Assembly: GCA_964410585.1 (NCBI GenBank)
Contig: CAYPFW010000003.1
Location: 1-64,000 of the forward strand
DNA from: an uncultured archaeon
GTDB lineage: Archaea; Aenigmatarchaeota; Aenigmatarchaeia; QMZP01; JACQNV01
Direction: 5' to 3'
Length of the DNA stretch: 64,000 bases
The translations under genes and the position numbers were made by a program. Shown here one piece after another: positions 9,723 to 18,545 of the stretch. The notes under the pieces are model-generated. The model saw only the letters and a list, made by a program, of their open reading frames with translations. It did no database searches and had not been told where the DNA came from. Each line of letters begins with the position of its first letter. Position 1 is the first letter of the stretch.

Positions 9723-10844
9723 TCAAGAATGCCTAACATGATCCCTGTCTTTGGATTCTGACTTTCCTTTTTTCTTTTTCAGTTCTTTTTCGAGTTTGTT
9801 TAGAACCCCTCTAACAGCTTGCGTCAAGTCCCATGCAAAATCTTGTGCAAAGAACATGCCTATGTTTGTTATTAATTTTCCGTGCACAGAGAATTTGGTT
9901 CGCTTTCCTGTCTCATTGTATTTGTCTAAATGTAGGGTCATGTAATCTATGTGTGCTAGTTTTGCAAGAAGCCTTACCTCTCTTGTTATTTCATCATCTA
10001 CAACAGAGCGAATAAACTCGTCCTCATTTTGGAAGCCTGTTGTTTGGACATAGACGCCAGATATTTTAGCACTTACAAGCTTGAGTATATGCCTAGGTGT
10101 AACCAGACCTCTAAATGCCCCGTTTTTTTCAACAATGACTGTGTTCTTTTTCCTTTTCACCATTTCAGAAACAATTTCAGAAAGCGGCTTATTTTCGTCG
10201 ACTTTAGGAAAGTTTTCTTGTGAGAATTTTGAGCCAGCTGAAACTTTTCCTAAACTTATTTTCTCGCCTGATATTTCGCCTCTCTTACTTCTTATTTTGG
10301 CTATCGATGAAGAAAGTATATCCAAAGCACCGAGTATGCCAATAAGTTTATCGTTTTTATCTAGAATAGCTATCCTGTTTGCATGGGCCTCCCTTACAAT
10401 TGATTTGGCAACAGATATGCTATCCTCTGTGCTTATGACATCTGGAAAAATCATGACATCAGAGGCCTTCTTGCCTTTTAAAACATCTTTTGGGACAAAG
10501 CTAAGCAGGCTTAATTTTGAGAGCAAACAAATTTTGTTACCCTTGTAAATTGGTATTGACTTGTAGTTGTTTATCAGAACCGAATTCACTGCCTCCTCAA
10601 GTGTTAGATCATCTGAAAAAGGCTCTATTTTTTCTATTGATTTTAGGCTTCCAAGTTTTGTTTTGTCTGGATCTGTTATGTTTGTTTTTATCAAATTTTC
10701 AGCGCTTATCACACCAACATATGAATCATCACTGAGAACCAGACCTTCTGTTCTACCAGTTTCACTTAGCCTAGAAATAACTTTTGACACAGGTGTTTGA
10801 GCATCAAAAACCAAAGGCTCTTCAGCAACATCGCTTAGTTTCAT
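9723..10844 (-). CDS. Tandem CBS-domain protein with C-terminal HPF/RaiA-like domain (probable ribosome hibernation factor)
   Basis: Four CBS-like repeats, then a domain of about 100 aa with FSVHGKL...AWDL..AV...L.KLEKEL, typical of the HPF/RaiA fold. Confidence 0.7.
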   Translation of the reverse strand: MKLSDVAEEPLVFDAQTPVSKVISRLSETGRTEGLVLSDDSYVGVISAENLIKTNITDPDKTKLGSLKSIEKIEPFSDDLTLEEAVNSVLINNYKSIPIYKGNKICLLSKLSLLSFVPKDVLKGKKASDVMIFPDVISTEDSISVAKSIVREAHANRIAILDKNDKLIGILGALDILSSSIAKIRSKRGEISGEKISLGKVSAGSKFSQENFPKVDENKPLSEIVSEMVKRKKNTVIVEKNGAFRGLVTPRHILKLVSAKISGVYVQTTGFQNEDEFIRSVVDDEITREVRLLAKLAHIDYMTLHLDKYNETGKRTKFSVHGKLITNIGMFFAQDFAWDLTQAVRGVLNKLEKELKKKKGKSESKDRDHVRHS

Positions 10845-10952
10845 ATAGGGAACCTGCAGTTCATTTGTTTCCGGTTCCTCTAACCCTCCATAATGTTAAT
10901 ATGTATACTATGGCTGATTGTGTTTATAATATTTGTTTTTAATTAGCTGAAT

Positions 10953-11492
10953 ATGAGAAAATTGGCTTATGGTTTGGCTGCGGCTGCTGTTGCAGGGCTT
11001 TTGTTTTTTGGAGCTGACAGAAGGGAAGAACAAAGAGAACAGCGGACAGAGCAGTTAATCGAAACAAAATATCAAAAGATGACAAGGGAGATTAGCGAAC
11101 GTTTAAGGGAAAATGGAAATGTATATGGAAGTGTGGAATATCCATATGATCGTATTCCAATTCTCAATCGCATTGGTAGATTTGAACCTCATGAATGGGA
11201 CTCAGTAGTAAATATCAAAAATAGACATTTTATAGTATCCTATAGATTAAGCGATCGGTATAATGATGTTAGCATTATATGTACCGATCTCCCAAATCCA
11301 GGATTTAACGATCTTGATTGTGACGGCTCACCTGATACTTTTCAAGCATATGACCTTCTTGATCGCGGATATAATAGTATGAGAAAGATAGAATATTTTC
11401 AAGAACCATTTAGGTTTATTCTAAAAGGTTTTCACAGGCGTCTTTTGAGAGAAGCCCACTCACAACTAGTTCGAAGAAAGTTGCCAGAATAA
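10953..11492 (+). CDS. Hypothetical secreted/membrane-anchored protein
   Basis: ATG start, N-terminal hydrophobic helix, DxDCDGSPD Ca-binding-like motif. Confidence 0.6.
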   Translation: MRKLAYGLAAAAVAGLLFFGADRREEQREQRTEQLIETKYQKMTREISERLRENGNVYGSVEYPYDRIPILNRIGRFEPHEWDSVVNIKNRHFIVSYRLSDRYNDVSIICTDLPNPGFNDLDCDGSPDTFQAYDLLDRGYNSMRKIEYFQEPFRFILKGFHRRLLREAHSQLVRRKLPE

Positions 11493-11501
11493 TAGAAACT
11501 T

Positions 11502-11702
11502 TTACAGTCCAGATCTTTTGATCTGCTTCATCCTTCTTGTGATGTAGCCGAGTATAACATTCTTCATTTTCTTGGAGAACATTGGCCTTATTTCTGCCAA
11601 GGCTTTCTTGTTTTTCTCAAAGTCTTCGCTAAACTTTTCAGCATTCTCTGTTATCAGATCATTAGCCATTGTCTTCACTGCTGTTGACTTTATTCGACCT
11701 AT
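11502..11702 (-). CDS. rps17e: 30S ribosomal protein S17e (probable ATA start at 11702)
   Basis: GRIK, F..DFEKNKK and SKKMKNVILGYITR motifs; SD-like AGGTGA 5 nt before ATA-GGT-CGA. Confidence 0.9.
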   Translation of the reverse strand: MGRIKSTAVKTMANDLITENAEKFSEDFEKNKKALAEIRPMFSKKMKNVILGYITRRMKQIKRSGL

Positions 11703-11775
11703 ATTAATCACCTTTCAATTCTGTATGGAGATATTGTTTACCTAATATTTAAACGTTTTTGACTTTTTCCTTTTT

Positions 11776-11899
11776 CTATATTAGTTTCTTTTTGGATAGC
11801 ATGTAGACTTTTTCTTTTTCGTGTCTCACTGTGAAGTGAGCACGAGACATCTCAGCATCTTTCGCATTTGCTGAGATGCTGACTAAAGAAAAAGGCTTA
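11776..11899 (-). repeat. Composite repeat: module A with module B inserted in its hairpin loop
   Basis: Flanks match 40186-40243; the 63-bp insert 11822-11884 carries the module B consensus. Confidence 0.85.
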
Positions 11900-12430
11900 G
11901 AGTAACTGTCGTTTAACCGAATAATATGTAACGTTATTTTCATTATCAACAATAGCCCACAACATTTCTGCCCTAATTGAGTGAGCCAATCGCACAGCGC
12001 GAGAAAGCTCCTGGAAAGAGCATGTATAGTCTTCAGGAACAGTGTACACAACCCACTTTGTATGCTCTGCAGCTGTTTTTGGGCCTTTTTTAACCTTGAC
12101 ACCTCGGCCATAAACCCTGAAATCACAGCCAAATTTAAACCCAGTTTTAACAACAAGACCTCTATCTCTCATGTCCTTGTAAACTACATATTTCTCCTGT
12201 ATTCTTGGATCGAGCTTTAGCGCATAATCAAGAAGCTTGTTGAAGCTAAGTTTTGTCTTTCCTTTTTTAATTTCTATTCTTGATTTTTTCAGCAAATAGA
12301 GCGCTTCCACAAAGGACAAATCTAACCCAGAATCCGATTCCTTCCCATAATCTCTGTCTGATAGAGATTGAAAATCTTTTGCAACTAGAACTTTATTTTC
12401 TAGAAGTATAGCTGACAGCTTATCGTTCAT
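11897..12430 (-). CDS. endA: tRNA-intron endonuclease (single alpha-type unit)
   Basis: LSFVEALYL, YVVYKDMRDRG, KTGFKFGCDFRVY, AVRLAHSIR and AIVD..NNVTYY motifs. Confidence 0.93.
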   Translation of the reverse strand: MNDKLSAILLENKVLVAKDFQSLSDRDYGKESDSGLDLSFVEALYLLKKSRIEIKKGKTKLSFNKLLDYALKLDPRIQEKYVVYKDMRDRGLVVKTGFKFGCDFRVYGRGVKVKKGPKTAAEHTKWVVYTVPEDYTCSFQELSRAVRLAHSIRAEMLWAIVDNENNVTYYSVKRQLL

Positions 12431-12463
12431 ATAAAAAAATAGACAATTAAACTAATAAAGAAA

Positions 12464-12955
12464 TTAAACAGAGCCTTCTTCAGGTGGTTTGCCTTTTTTT
12501 GGCTTCTTAGCTTTTGCAGGCGCTTTTGCTGATTTCACAATTTGTTTGAAGTATTCATCGTTTGATGCATTGAAACCAAGTGTAGGCCTTTTATCTGTCA
12601 TCCAGTGTAAATAAGGCAAAAATCTCAAGCTATAATTGTATAACCTAACATAGTAAGGTATTGTTCTTTCATACATCGTTTTGGCATTCCAATCAAATGC
12701 AGCTTGCCATCTTTTTCCAGCAAATAAAATAATTAACCACTGTATACCACTCAATATTAGTGCAACAAAACTGAAGACAAATATGATAACAGTAAATACA
12801 ATTGCATATACAAAATTAACAATCATGTATAGCAAACCCCAAACAATTCTGACAAACAATTCGACTCTAGAAGCTTTTGGATCAAAAGGCAACTCGGCCC
12901 ATTTTGTGACGCCGACTTCTGTTGCAATTTTCGCAGAATTTTTTTGTTCAGCCAT
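12464..12955 (-). CDS. DUF4389-like membrane protein
   Basis: SRVELFVR, QWLIILFAGKR and YLHWMTDKRP motifs. Confidence 0.65.
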   Translation of the reverse strand: MAEQKNSAKIATEVGVTKWAELPFDPKASRVELFVRIVWGLLYMIVNFVYAIVFTVIIFVFSFVALILSGIQWLIILFAGKRWQAAFDWNAKTMYERTIPYYVRLYNYSLRFLPYLHWMTDKRPTLGFNASNDEYFKQIVKSAKAPAKAKKPKKGKPPEEGSV

Positions 12956-12995
12956 ATAATTTATTGACAGAGGTTGTATATAAATAACGCTGTTA

Positions 12996-13081
12996 ATAAG
13001 CCTTTCTGTGCAAAAGGCTTATGCCAAATCGGAGGCTATCTCGTTCGTCGCCGCTGCTCCTCACTCGATTACGTCTTCCAC
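12996..13081 (-). repeat. A-type hairpin (TAAGCCTTT/AAAGGCTTA) followed by module C in reverse orientation with a different core
   Basis: Reverse complement of 13031-13081 reads GTGGAAGACGTAA...TAGCCTCC, matching the ends of the 21172 and 22428 copies. Confidence 0.7.
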
Positions 13082-13180
13082 ACTGTTCTCAAATTATCTA
13101 TCATCCTTGCCAATTAATATTTATTAAACAACAGACCAATTAAACCATCTAAACAAACAGAAAGAGTCAGTTAAACAAAT

Positions 13181-13253
13181 GCCTCGGTAGCTCAGCAGGT
13201 AGAGCGTCCGACTGTTAATCGGCAGGTCGTAGGTTCGAGTCCTACCCGAGGCG
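13181..13253 (+). tRNA. tRNA-Asn(GTT)
   Basis: Cloverleaf with acceptor GCCTCGG/CCGAGGC, anticodon loop CT-GTT-AA, T-arm GTAGG-TTCGAGT-CCTAC. Confidence 0.95.
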
Positions 13254-13258
13254 CTCAT

Positions 13259-13393
13259 GGGTTCGTAGCTCAGTGGGAGAGCACATATAAATGGTTTCCA
13301 TTTACAGCTTAAACGGCTGAAGACTCGCTGACTGATACCGTGGAGATAGACATCTATCGCGGAGTGTCGTGCGTTCGATCCGCACCGAACCCA
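13259..13393 (+). tRNA. tRNA-Phe(GAA) with three introns (13285-13312 at 27/28; 13323-13336 at about 37/38; 13344-13364 at 44/45)
   Basis: Removing 28+14+21 nt gives a 72-nt cloverleaf: GGGTTCG/CGAACCC, D-loop with GGGA, CACGG-CTGAAGA-CCGTG, GTGCG-TTCGATC-CGCAC; introns 1 and 3 form BHB-type motifs. Confidence 0.85.
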
Positions 13394-13429
13394 TTTTTTA
13401 TTTAAAAGTTGACTCAACAATATAATAAA

Positions 13430-14317
13430 ATGAAACTGATCCCGTTAATCTTCTTATTATCAATACTTATTATTTCTGGATGCACGCAAAACACACAGGC
13501 AGAAAAGAAAGAAATTTCAGAAGAATATTATGAAAAAATATGTTCAACACAAATACCTGATAATTGGGAATTGGATCCTTTGACGTCTAATGTAGCATAT
13601 TCTGGATCTGCTACGGTAACAATATTAGCAGATCAATATTTAGGAAATAGTCTTGCCTCTGAATCATATAGATTGATACGAGACAAAGGAATTAATCCTG
13701 ATTTTGAGGAAAAAAGAGTTGTTGGAGGAAAAGAAATCCACGAGATTCGATATTCTTATCTGGACGAAGAAAATAGAGAATTTAGAGCATCTCACATATT
13801 CTTCCGTAATCAGGATACACAATGTGGTCTATGGCTAACATCTCTTGAGAGCACGTTCCCTTCTTACTTAAAAGATTTTGAGGTGTTTATAACTAACTTA
13901 AAAACATCACAATCCCAGCCTTTAGGTGAAGCAGGATATATTGCAGACAACATCAGGATAAAACAGTTTAATCCAGAAATAGTCTACCTAAGTCCCGGAT
14001 ATTCTATTACCAGAACAAACAAAAAAGACAAACCAGATATAATAACTCCCAATATATTAGACAACAAAAAATATGAGTTGAAGATAGAGTATAAAAACCA
14101 ACCTGAGGATTGGCCCACGAAGTTCTCATATACTAGAACTGCTAGTAATTATTTCCAATCTAACCTTACATTCAAAACAAACAAGATAAATTCAATGATA
14201 ATAGAAAACTATACTGGCTTATTTAATTTTAAAACAAAAGAACCATTCCAACTTTTCAGCATTGTCATGAACAATTATGACGGAGAATATACAACATCTC
14301 TAGAAACAGTAAAATAG
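13430..14317 (+). CDS. Hypothetical lipoprotein-like exported protein
   Basis: MKLIPLIFLLSILIISGC lipobox-like leader; ATG at 13430. Confidence 0.7.
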   Translation: MKLIPLIFLLSILIISGCTQNTQAEKKEISEEYYEKICSTQIPDNWELDPLTSNVAYSGSATVTILADQYLGNSLASESYRLIRDKGINPDFEEKRVVGGKEIHEIRYSYLDEENREFRASHIFFRNQDTQCGLWLTSLESTFPSYLKDFEVFITNLKTSQSQPLGEAGYIADNIRIKQFNPEIVYLSPGYSITRTNKKDKPDIITPNILDNKKYELKIEYKNQPEDWPTKFSYTRTASNYFQSNLTFKTNKINSMIIENYTGLFNFKTKEPFQLFSIVMNNYDGEYTTSLETVK

Positions 14318-14371
14318 ATTTACATCCTCATAGAAAATGCTGATCAACTTTGTGTTTTCGAAAAATAGTTT

Positions 14372-14440
14372 TGTAAAATTTTGACTTTTGGGTACGGTAG
14401 CCTTTTGAGGAAGTTGTTAACTCCTGGAAAAGGCTAGCTA
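14372..14440 (-). repeat. Module A, empty form
   Basis: TTTTGGGTACGGTAGCCTTTTGAGGA...AACTCCTGGAAAAGGCTAGCT is shared with 35367-35549. Confidence 0.9.
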
Positions 14441-15550
14441 TGGCAAAAAATCCTCTTCCTTAATCTTCTGCGGCAAATATTTTTCTGTGATGAACCTAAT
14501 GTCTTTTGAAGACAAGGCCTCCAGTTCCAGTTTATATCCTACTTGGAGCATGTGTTTTATCTCGTGTTCCCATTCTTTTTTCTTGAACCAAACATAATTC
14601 AAAAGTTCCTGTGCCCTTTTTTTGTCGCCTTCGTTGAGCTTGATTGTCACGTTTTTGGGGATATTGAATTTTTGTACATCTTGTGTTGTCAAACCTAAGT
14701 ATTTTGCTTCAGGTGTACCAAGCCTATCAGACACGAAAGACAAATTAATTGATCCCTGCTTGATCACAGAATAAATATAAAATCCCCAAACATCTGCATC
14801 TGCGCAAACATAGATAGGGAGCTTCAATTCATTGTGCAACCTGTTTATCATTCTTCTTGTTCCCCTGTCTGGCTGACCCTTCCCTGTTAAGACAAGGCAT
14901 TTATGATTTTTCCAAAACCTGTCCTCGTTCAACCTTTGCCAAATAGCATCTTTTTCAACAATCAAAACAAACTCAGCTTTGCAGTCTAAAAACTGGACAG
15001 TATCTGGCTCGCAAATTGAGGGTATTCCATAACCAGATGCACCAAGTTTTGTACAATCATTTTCAACTCCAAAATTTGGCTCCTTTATTGTGATTGGCCC
15101 AACTAAAGAACCTTTTTGCTCTGCGTGTAAATGTAAATTTTCTCTAAGAGTATTCAAAGAAGCTTCTATATCTTCAATCAAAGGGTCTGACTCTTCCTGT
15201 GTTTCAAATGTCTCCTCATTGTATTTTGGGATTGTGTGCTTCATGTTATAGAACAAATCTCTGATTGATGTTGTGACACCTTGTTCCAGGAGTTTTTTAC
15301 AACCAGCAGCTACCATCGCTGTTTGCATGAATTTTCTTGTGTGAGCAACATTTAGGTAAGTCCTGTGGCTGACCTTGTCGCCTAGTTGGATCAGCTTGCT
15401 TTTTTCATCAAAATAAATGTTTGATAAATTTCTGACAGGCAGAGTCATGTCTGGGTTCTGGACTTTTTTGAGTTGTTCAACTATCCCCTTTCCCCAACTA
15501 TTCAAACCTTCCTTTGTGTCCTTAGTACGCTCCTTTGATGCCATAATCAC
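14438..15550 (-). CDS. top6A: DNA topoisomerase VI subunit A
   Basis: SIRDLFY, VEKDA, TGKGQPD, DADVWG and ELEAL motifs (Spo11/TOPRIM). Confidence 0.97.
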   Translation of the reverse strand: MIMASKERTKDTKEGLNSWGKGIVEQLKKVQNPDMTLPVRNLSNIYFDEKSKLIQLGDKVSHRTYLNVAHTRKFMQTAMVAAGCKKLLEQGVTTSIRDLFYNMKHTIPKYNEETFETQEESDPLIEDIEASLNTLRENLHLHAEQKGSLVGPITIKEPNFGVENDCTKLGASGYGIPSICEPDTVQFLDCKAEFVLIVEKDAIWQRLNEDRFWKNHKCLVLTGKGQPDRGTRRMINRLHNELKLPIYVCADADVWGFYIYSVIKQGSINLSFVSDRLGTPEAKYLGLTTQDVQKFNIPKNVTIKLNEGDKKRAQELLNYVWFKKKEWEHEIKHMLQVGYKLELEALSSKDIRFITEKYLPQKIKEEDFLP

Positions 15551-17154
15551 TCTTCATCGCCTTCGTCTTCATCTTCTGATTTTTTCTTTTTTGGTTTTTC
15601 TTCCTCTTCTTCAACAGTATCGTCAAAATCGCCGCCCCTTTCTGCGACAACTTTTTCAATCATCTCTTTTATTTTCTTTGCATTTTCTCCAGACAAATCA
15701 GAAAGTGCAAGCGCTGTTTCCTCTGCGTATTTTTCAAATGTTTTCCTTCTCTCTGCTTGATATTCTGCTTTCCTTATTCCAGATAAGTACAAAGACAATT
15801 TCCTTGCAGCTTCCTGCATTGCAAGTTTTATTTCCTTCATTATCTCTGGATAAGATGCTATTGCCTCTTTTGATTCTGATGTAAAAGGTACCCACACAGA
15901 GCAAATGTGGACAAACAAAACCATTGGTTCTGTTGGAAGTTTGTCAGCTTGGAATTTATACCTTTTCCAATCAACTTCCATCGCAGATTTTGTCATTGCA
16001 CAATCGCCTTGCTGATATAGCAAAGGAACTCTGTTGGCAAACCTCATTATCTTGAATTCTGTAATCGATTGACCGTAGGCTATTCCAACCTCAACTTGAA
16101 AAGGGAAACCTCTGTAAACTGCAGGTGACCTTGTTACAGTTGCTATGAATTCAGGGTTCAGTTCTTTTTTCAAACCCTCTTCAACAAGTCTATCACCCAG
16201 AGGAGACAGGACATCTGTAGGAGGCGCAATCAGCTTAACCTGTTTTGAGGCCTGCACAAGTTTTCCTATATCCTTATCCTCAACTCTTCTTGGAGAAATT
16301 TTTGGATCAATGCCTGCAACTTTGCAGATCTCGTCTGCTGTTGTTTTTCCTAGCCTAGAAAACTCACTTGTCAAAAATGATGAAACAGATCTTGCGGACG
16401 TAGCACGCAGCATCCTTTCAAAAACACCATACTCCACCCCTTCTATATGAGGTGGGATTTCTTTAGGTTCTTTAGGAAGTTCTTTGACAGTTCTTTTATA
16501 TTCAAACCTTCCAGTTGGGGAATCAAAAATCAGATTTGCATATGGATTTATGATGGCTGTCTGCTTCATATATTCTAAAACAGACTGCTTGTGTTCCCTG
16601 TAAGTACCTTCACAAATAAATGTTATTTGGACTCCATGCCACTCTTTTCCTGTTAGGGTTTCTTCCTCAAGTATCTGAGCAACATTGTTTTTGACATCAA
16701 TTTTCATTCTATATCTGTGTGTCTTGCCGTCGCCTGTAGAAGAAAGGATTTCAACTGCTTCTCCAGTCGTTAACTGTGAATACATTACTGCGCACGATAT
16801 ACCTAAGCCTTGTGCACCCCTGTTCTGCCTTAGTCTGTGAAATTTTGAACCATATAAAAGCGAACCAAAAACCTTTGGTATATTTTGTTTGATTATACCA
16901 GGCCCATTGTCTTTTATAACAATTTTGTATTTTTCTGTCCCTACTTCCTCCAACTTCACATAAATGTCTGGTAGAATCCTGGCTTCTTCGCAAGCATCCA
17001 GAGCATTGTCTACACCTTCTTTTACGATAATAAGAAGCGCCTTTATCTTGTTGTCATATCCAAGAAGATGCCTGTTTTTTTCGAAAAATTCAGATACAGA
17101 AACACCCTTTTGTGTCTTTGCTAATTCCTCTGCTGACTTTTGTGATTCCGCCAT
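15547..17154 (-). CDS. top6B: DNA topoisomerase VI subunit B
   Basis: EFFEKNRHLLGY, KEGVDNALDACEE, DNGPGI, RFANRVPLLYQ and VPFTSESKEAIA motifs; likely start ATG 17154. Confidence 0.97.
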   Translation of the reverse strand: MAESQKSAEELAKTQKGVSVSEFFEKNRHLLGYDNKIKALLIIVKEGVDNALDACEEARILPDIYVKLEEVGTEKYKIVIKDNGPGIIKQNIPKVFGSLLYGSKFHRLRQNRGAQGLGISCAVMYSQLTTGEAVEILSSTGDGKTHRYRMKIDVKNNVAQILEEETLTGKEWHGVQITFICEGTYREHKQSVLEYMKQTAIINPYANLIFDSPTGRFEYKRTVKELPKEPKEIPPHIEGVEYGVFERMLRATSARSVSSFLTSEFSRLGKTTADEICKVAGIDPKISPRRVEDKDIGKLVQASKQVKLIAPPTDVLSPLGDRLVEEGLKKELNPEFIATVTRSPAVYRGFPFQVEVGIAYGQSITEFKIMRFANRVPLLYQQGDCAMTKSAMEVDWKRYKFQADKLPTEPMVLFVHICSVWVPFTSESKEAIASYPEIMKEIKLAMQEAARKLSLYLSGIRKAEYQAERRKTFEKYAEETALALSDLSGENAKKIKEMIEKVVAERGGDFDDTVEEEEEKPKKKKSEDEDEGDEE

Positions 17155-17247
17155 AAGATTAGATAATATAACACCAACCATTTAAATGTTTTTTAGTTTT
17201 TGAAGTTTGAATAATAGTTTTCTTGGGATAACTTACCACTTCTTTTT

Positions 17248-17778
17248 CTAAAAGAAGGGGGAGATTGAATTCTCTTTTTTCTTTTCTTTATTTTTCTTGG
17301 AGAACCTAGATTCTAAATGTTTGTACACATAGCCGTGCCTGCTTCCAGATAAGATAGAATCGATTGCCTTTTTTGTGTTCTCAGCGTCTTGGTATTTTCC
17401 AATCACAGATACTGTCTTGCCGTAAATTGATATGTGTGTTCCTGTTAGGTGCTCTAAATTTTTCCTCGCCTTTCCATGGCTTCCAATAACCCTTGAGAGC
17501 TGCCTCTTTATTGTCTTTTCTGAGCCTGTAATTTTTGTAATTATCAAGACAGTATCGTCTTGCACAAGACTCAGAGCAATCTCAGGTACGAAGCCTCTTC
17601 CAACCGCTTTTACAACTTCTTTTGCTTTTAAAACATCTATTGGTTCGCCTTCTATCTCAACATCTTCTCTGACAATCAACCTCGTATTTGTGAGTTTTTC
17701 TATTCTTTTCCTTGTCTCACCATTTGCACCAATCAAAATAGGCTTCCTTTCTTCTGGTATGCTCACTAACTCTAACAT
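17248..17778 (-). CDS. KH-domain rRNA-processing protein (Dim2/Pno1 family)
   Basis: LIGANG, AVGRGF, RVIGSHGKAR and GSRHGYVY motifs. Confidence 0.9.
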   Translation of the reverse strand: MLELVSIPEERKPILIGANGETRKRIEKLTNTRLIVREDVEIEGEPIDVLKAKEVVKAVGRGFVPEIALSLVQDDTVLIITKITGSEKTIKRQLSRVIGSHGKARKNLEHLTGTHISIYGKTVSVIGKYQDAENTKKAIDSILSGSRHGYVYKHLESRFSKKNKEKKKENSISPFF

Positions 17779-17811
17779 AGAATCGATAATAGAATTAAGG
17801 AATATAAAGAC

Positions 17812-18513
17812 TTAAAGCTGAGATAGCTCAAGCCTTTGGTCATTATTTTTCACAGAAATCTTATCTGCTAAACCGCTAATCCTAAGGCTCTCATCAACAA
17901 CTATACTGCCTTTGAATGTGTTCATCCAAACCTCTGCATCTGTCAAATCAAGCTTTGTTTTTTCAGAAACTGAAAACTCGCCAACGAGCTCATCCAAAAC
18001 TTGGTTTGAAAGCCTAATATTTGAGATTTGTAGACTATCAAAATCAGAAGTTATTTCAACTGGCGATTTTCTTTTTGAGAGACCAATTGTGTTCAAATAA
18101 AATGAACTTGAATCGCCTTCCAAAGTTATTTTCTTATCTTTGATTCTTATCTTCCCTGAAAAGTCTGCCAAAGAAATTTCTGCATTTGAAAGGTCAGATA
18201 CATCTATTTCTTCTCCAGCAAGTTTGAAGTTGCTTGGTTTGTTTGTTTTCAAAACAACTGAATCTGTTTTTGTTGCATTAAATTCTAATGTACCATAAGA
18301 TATTGAAACAGAATTTACGTCCAAGGGACCATCTGGCTCGACTACAAACCCACTTATTCCTGCGGCTTCATTAACTTCTGTTGGTGTACTTGAAATAAAG
18401 GCAGCAATTGAAACAACTAGGATAAGTACAATCAAACCAAGAAGTTTTGGACTAAATTTCTTTTCCTTATGATAAGGTTTCCTCATTTGCTCGTGATAGC
18501 CTTCGTATGACAT
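17812..18513 (-). CDS. Hypothetical membrane-anchored beta-rich protein
   Basis: Single TM after a basic N-terminus; co-oriented with neighbours. Confidence 0.65.
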   Translation of the reverse strand: MSYEGYHEQMRKPYHKEKKFSPKLLGLIVLILVVSIAAFISSTPTEVNEAAGISGFVVEPDGPLDVNSVSISYGTLEFNATKTDSVVLKTNKPSNFKLAGEEIDVSDLSNAEISLADFSGKIRIKDKKITLEGDSSSFYLNTIGLSKRKSPVEITSDFDSLQISNIRLSNQVLDELVGEFSVSEKTKLDLTDAEVWMNTFKGSIVVDESLRISGLADKISVKNNDQRLELSQL

Positions 18514-18545
18514 GCTAATATTTGGTTTTTATAAGATTTAAAGAT

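Noticed and set aside
13313-13342. Alternative reading of the triple-intron tRNA as Ile(GAT) or His(GTG)
   Set aside because: These splicings give 6- or 8-nt anticodon loops; only CTGAAGA gives a 7-nt loop, and the GGGA D-loop and A73 fit Phe.
13124-13420. 98-aa minus-strand ORF
   Set aside because: It is antisense to two tRNA genes.
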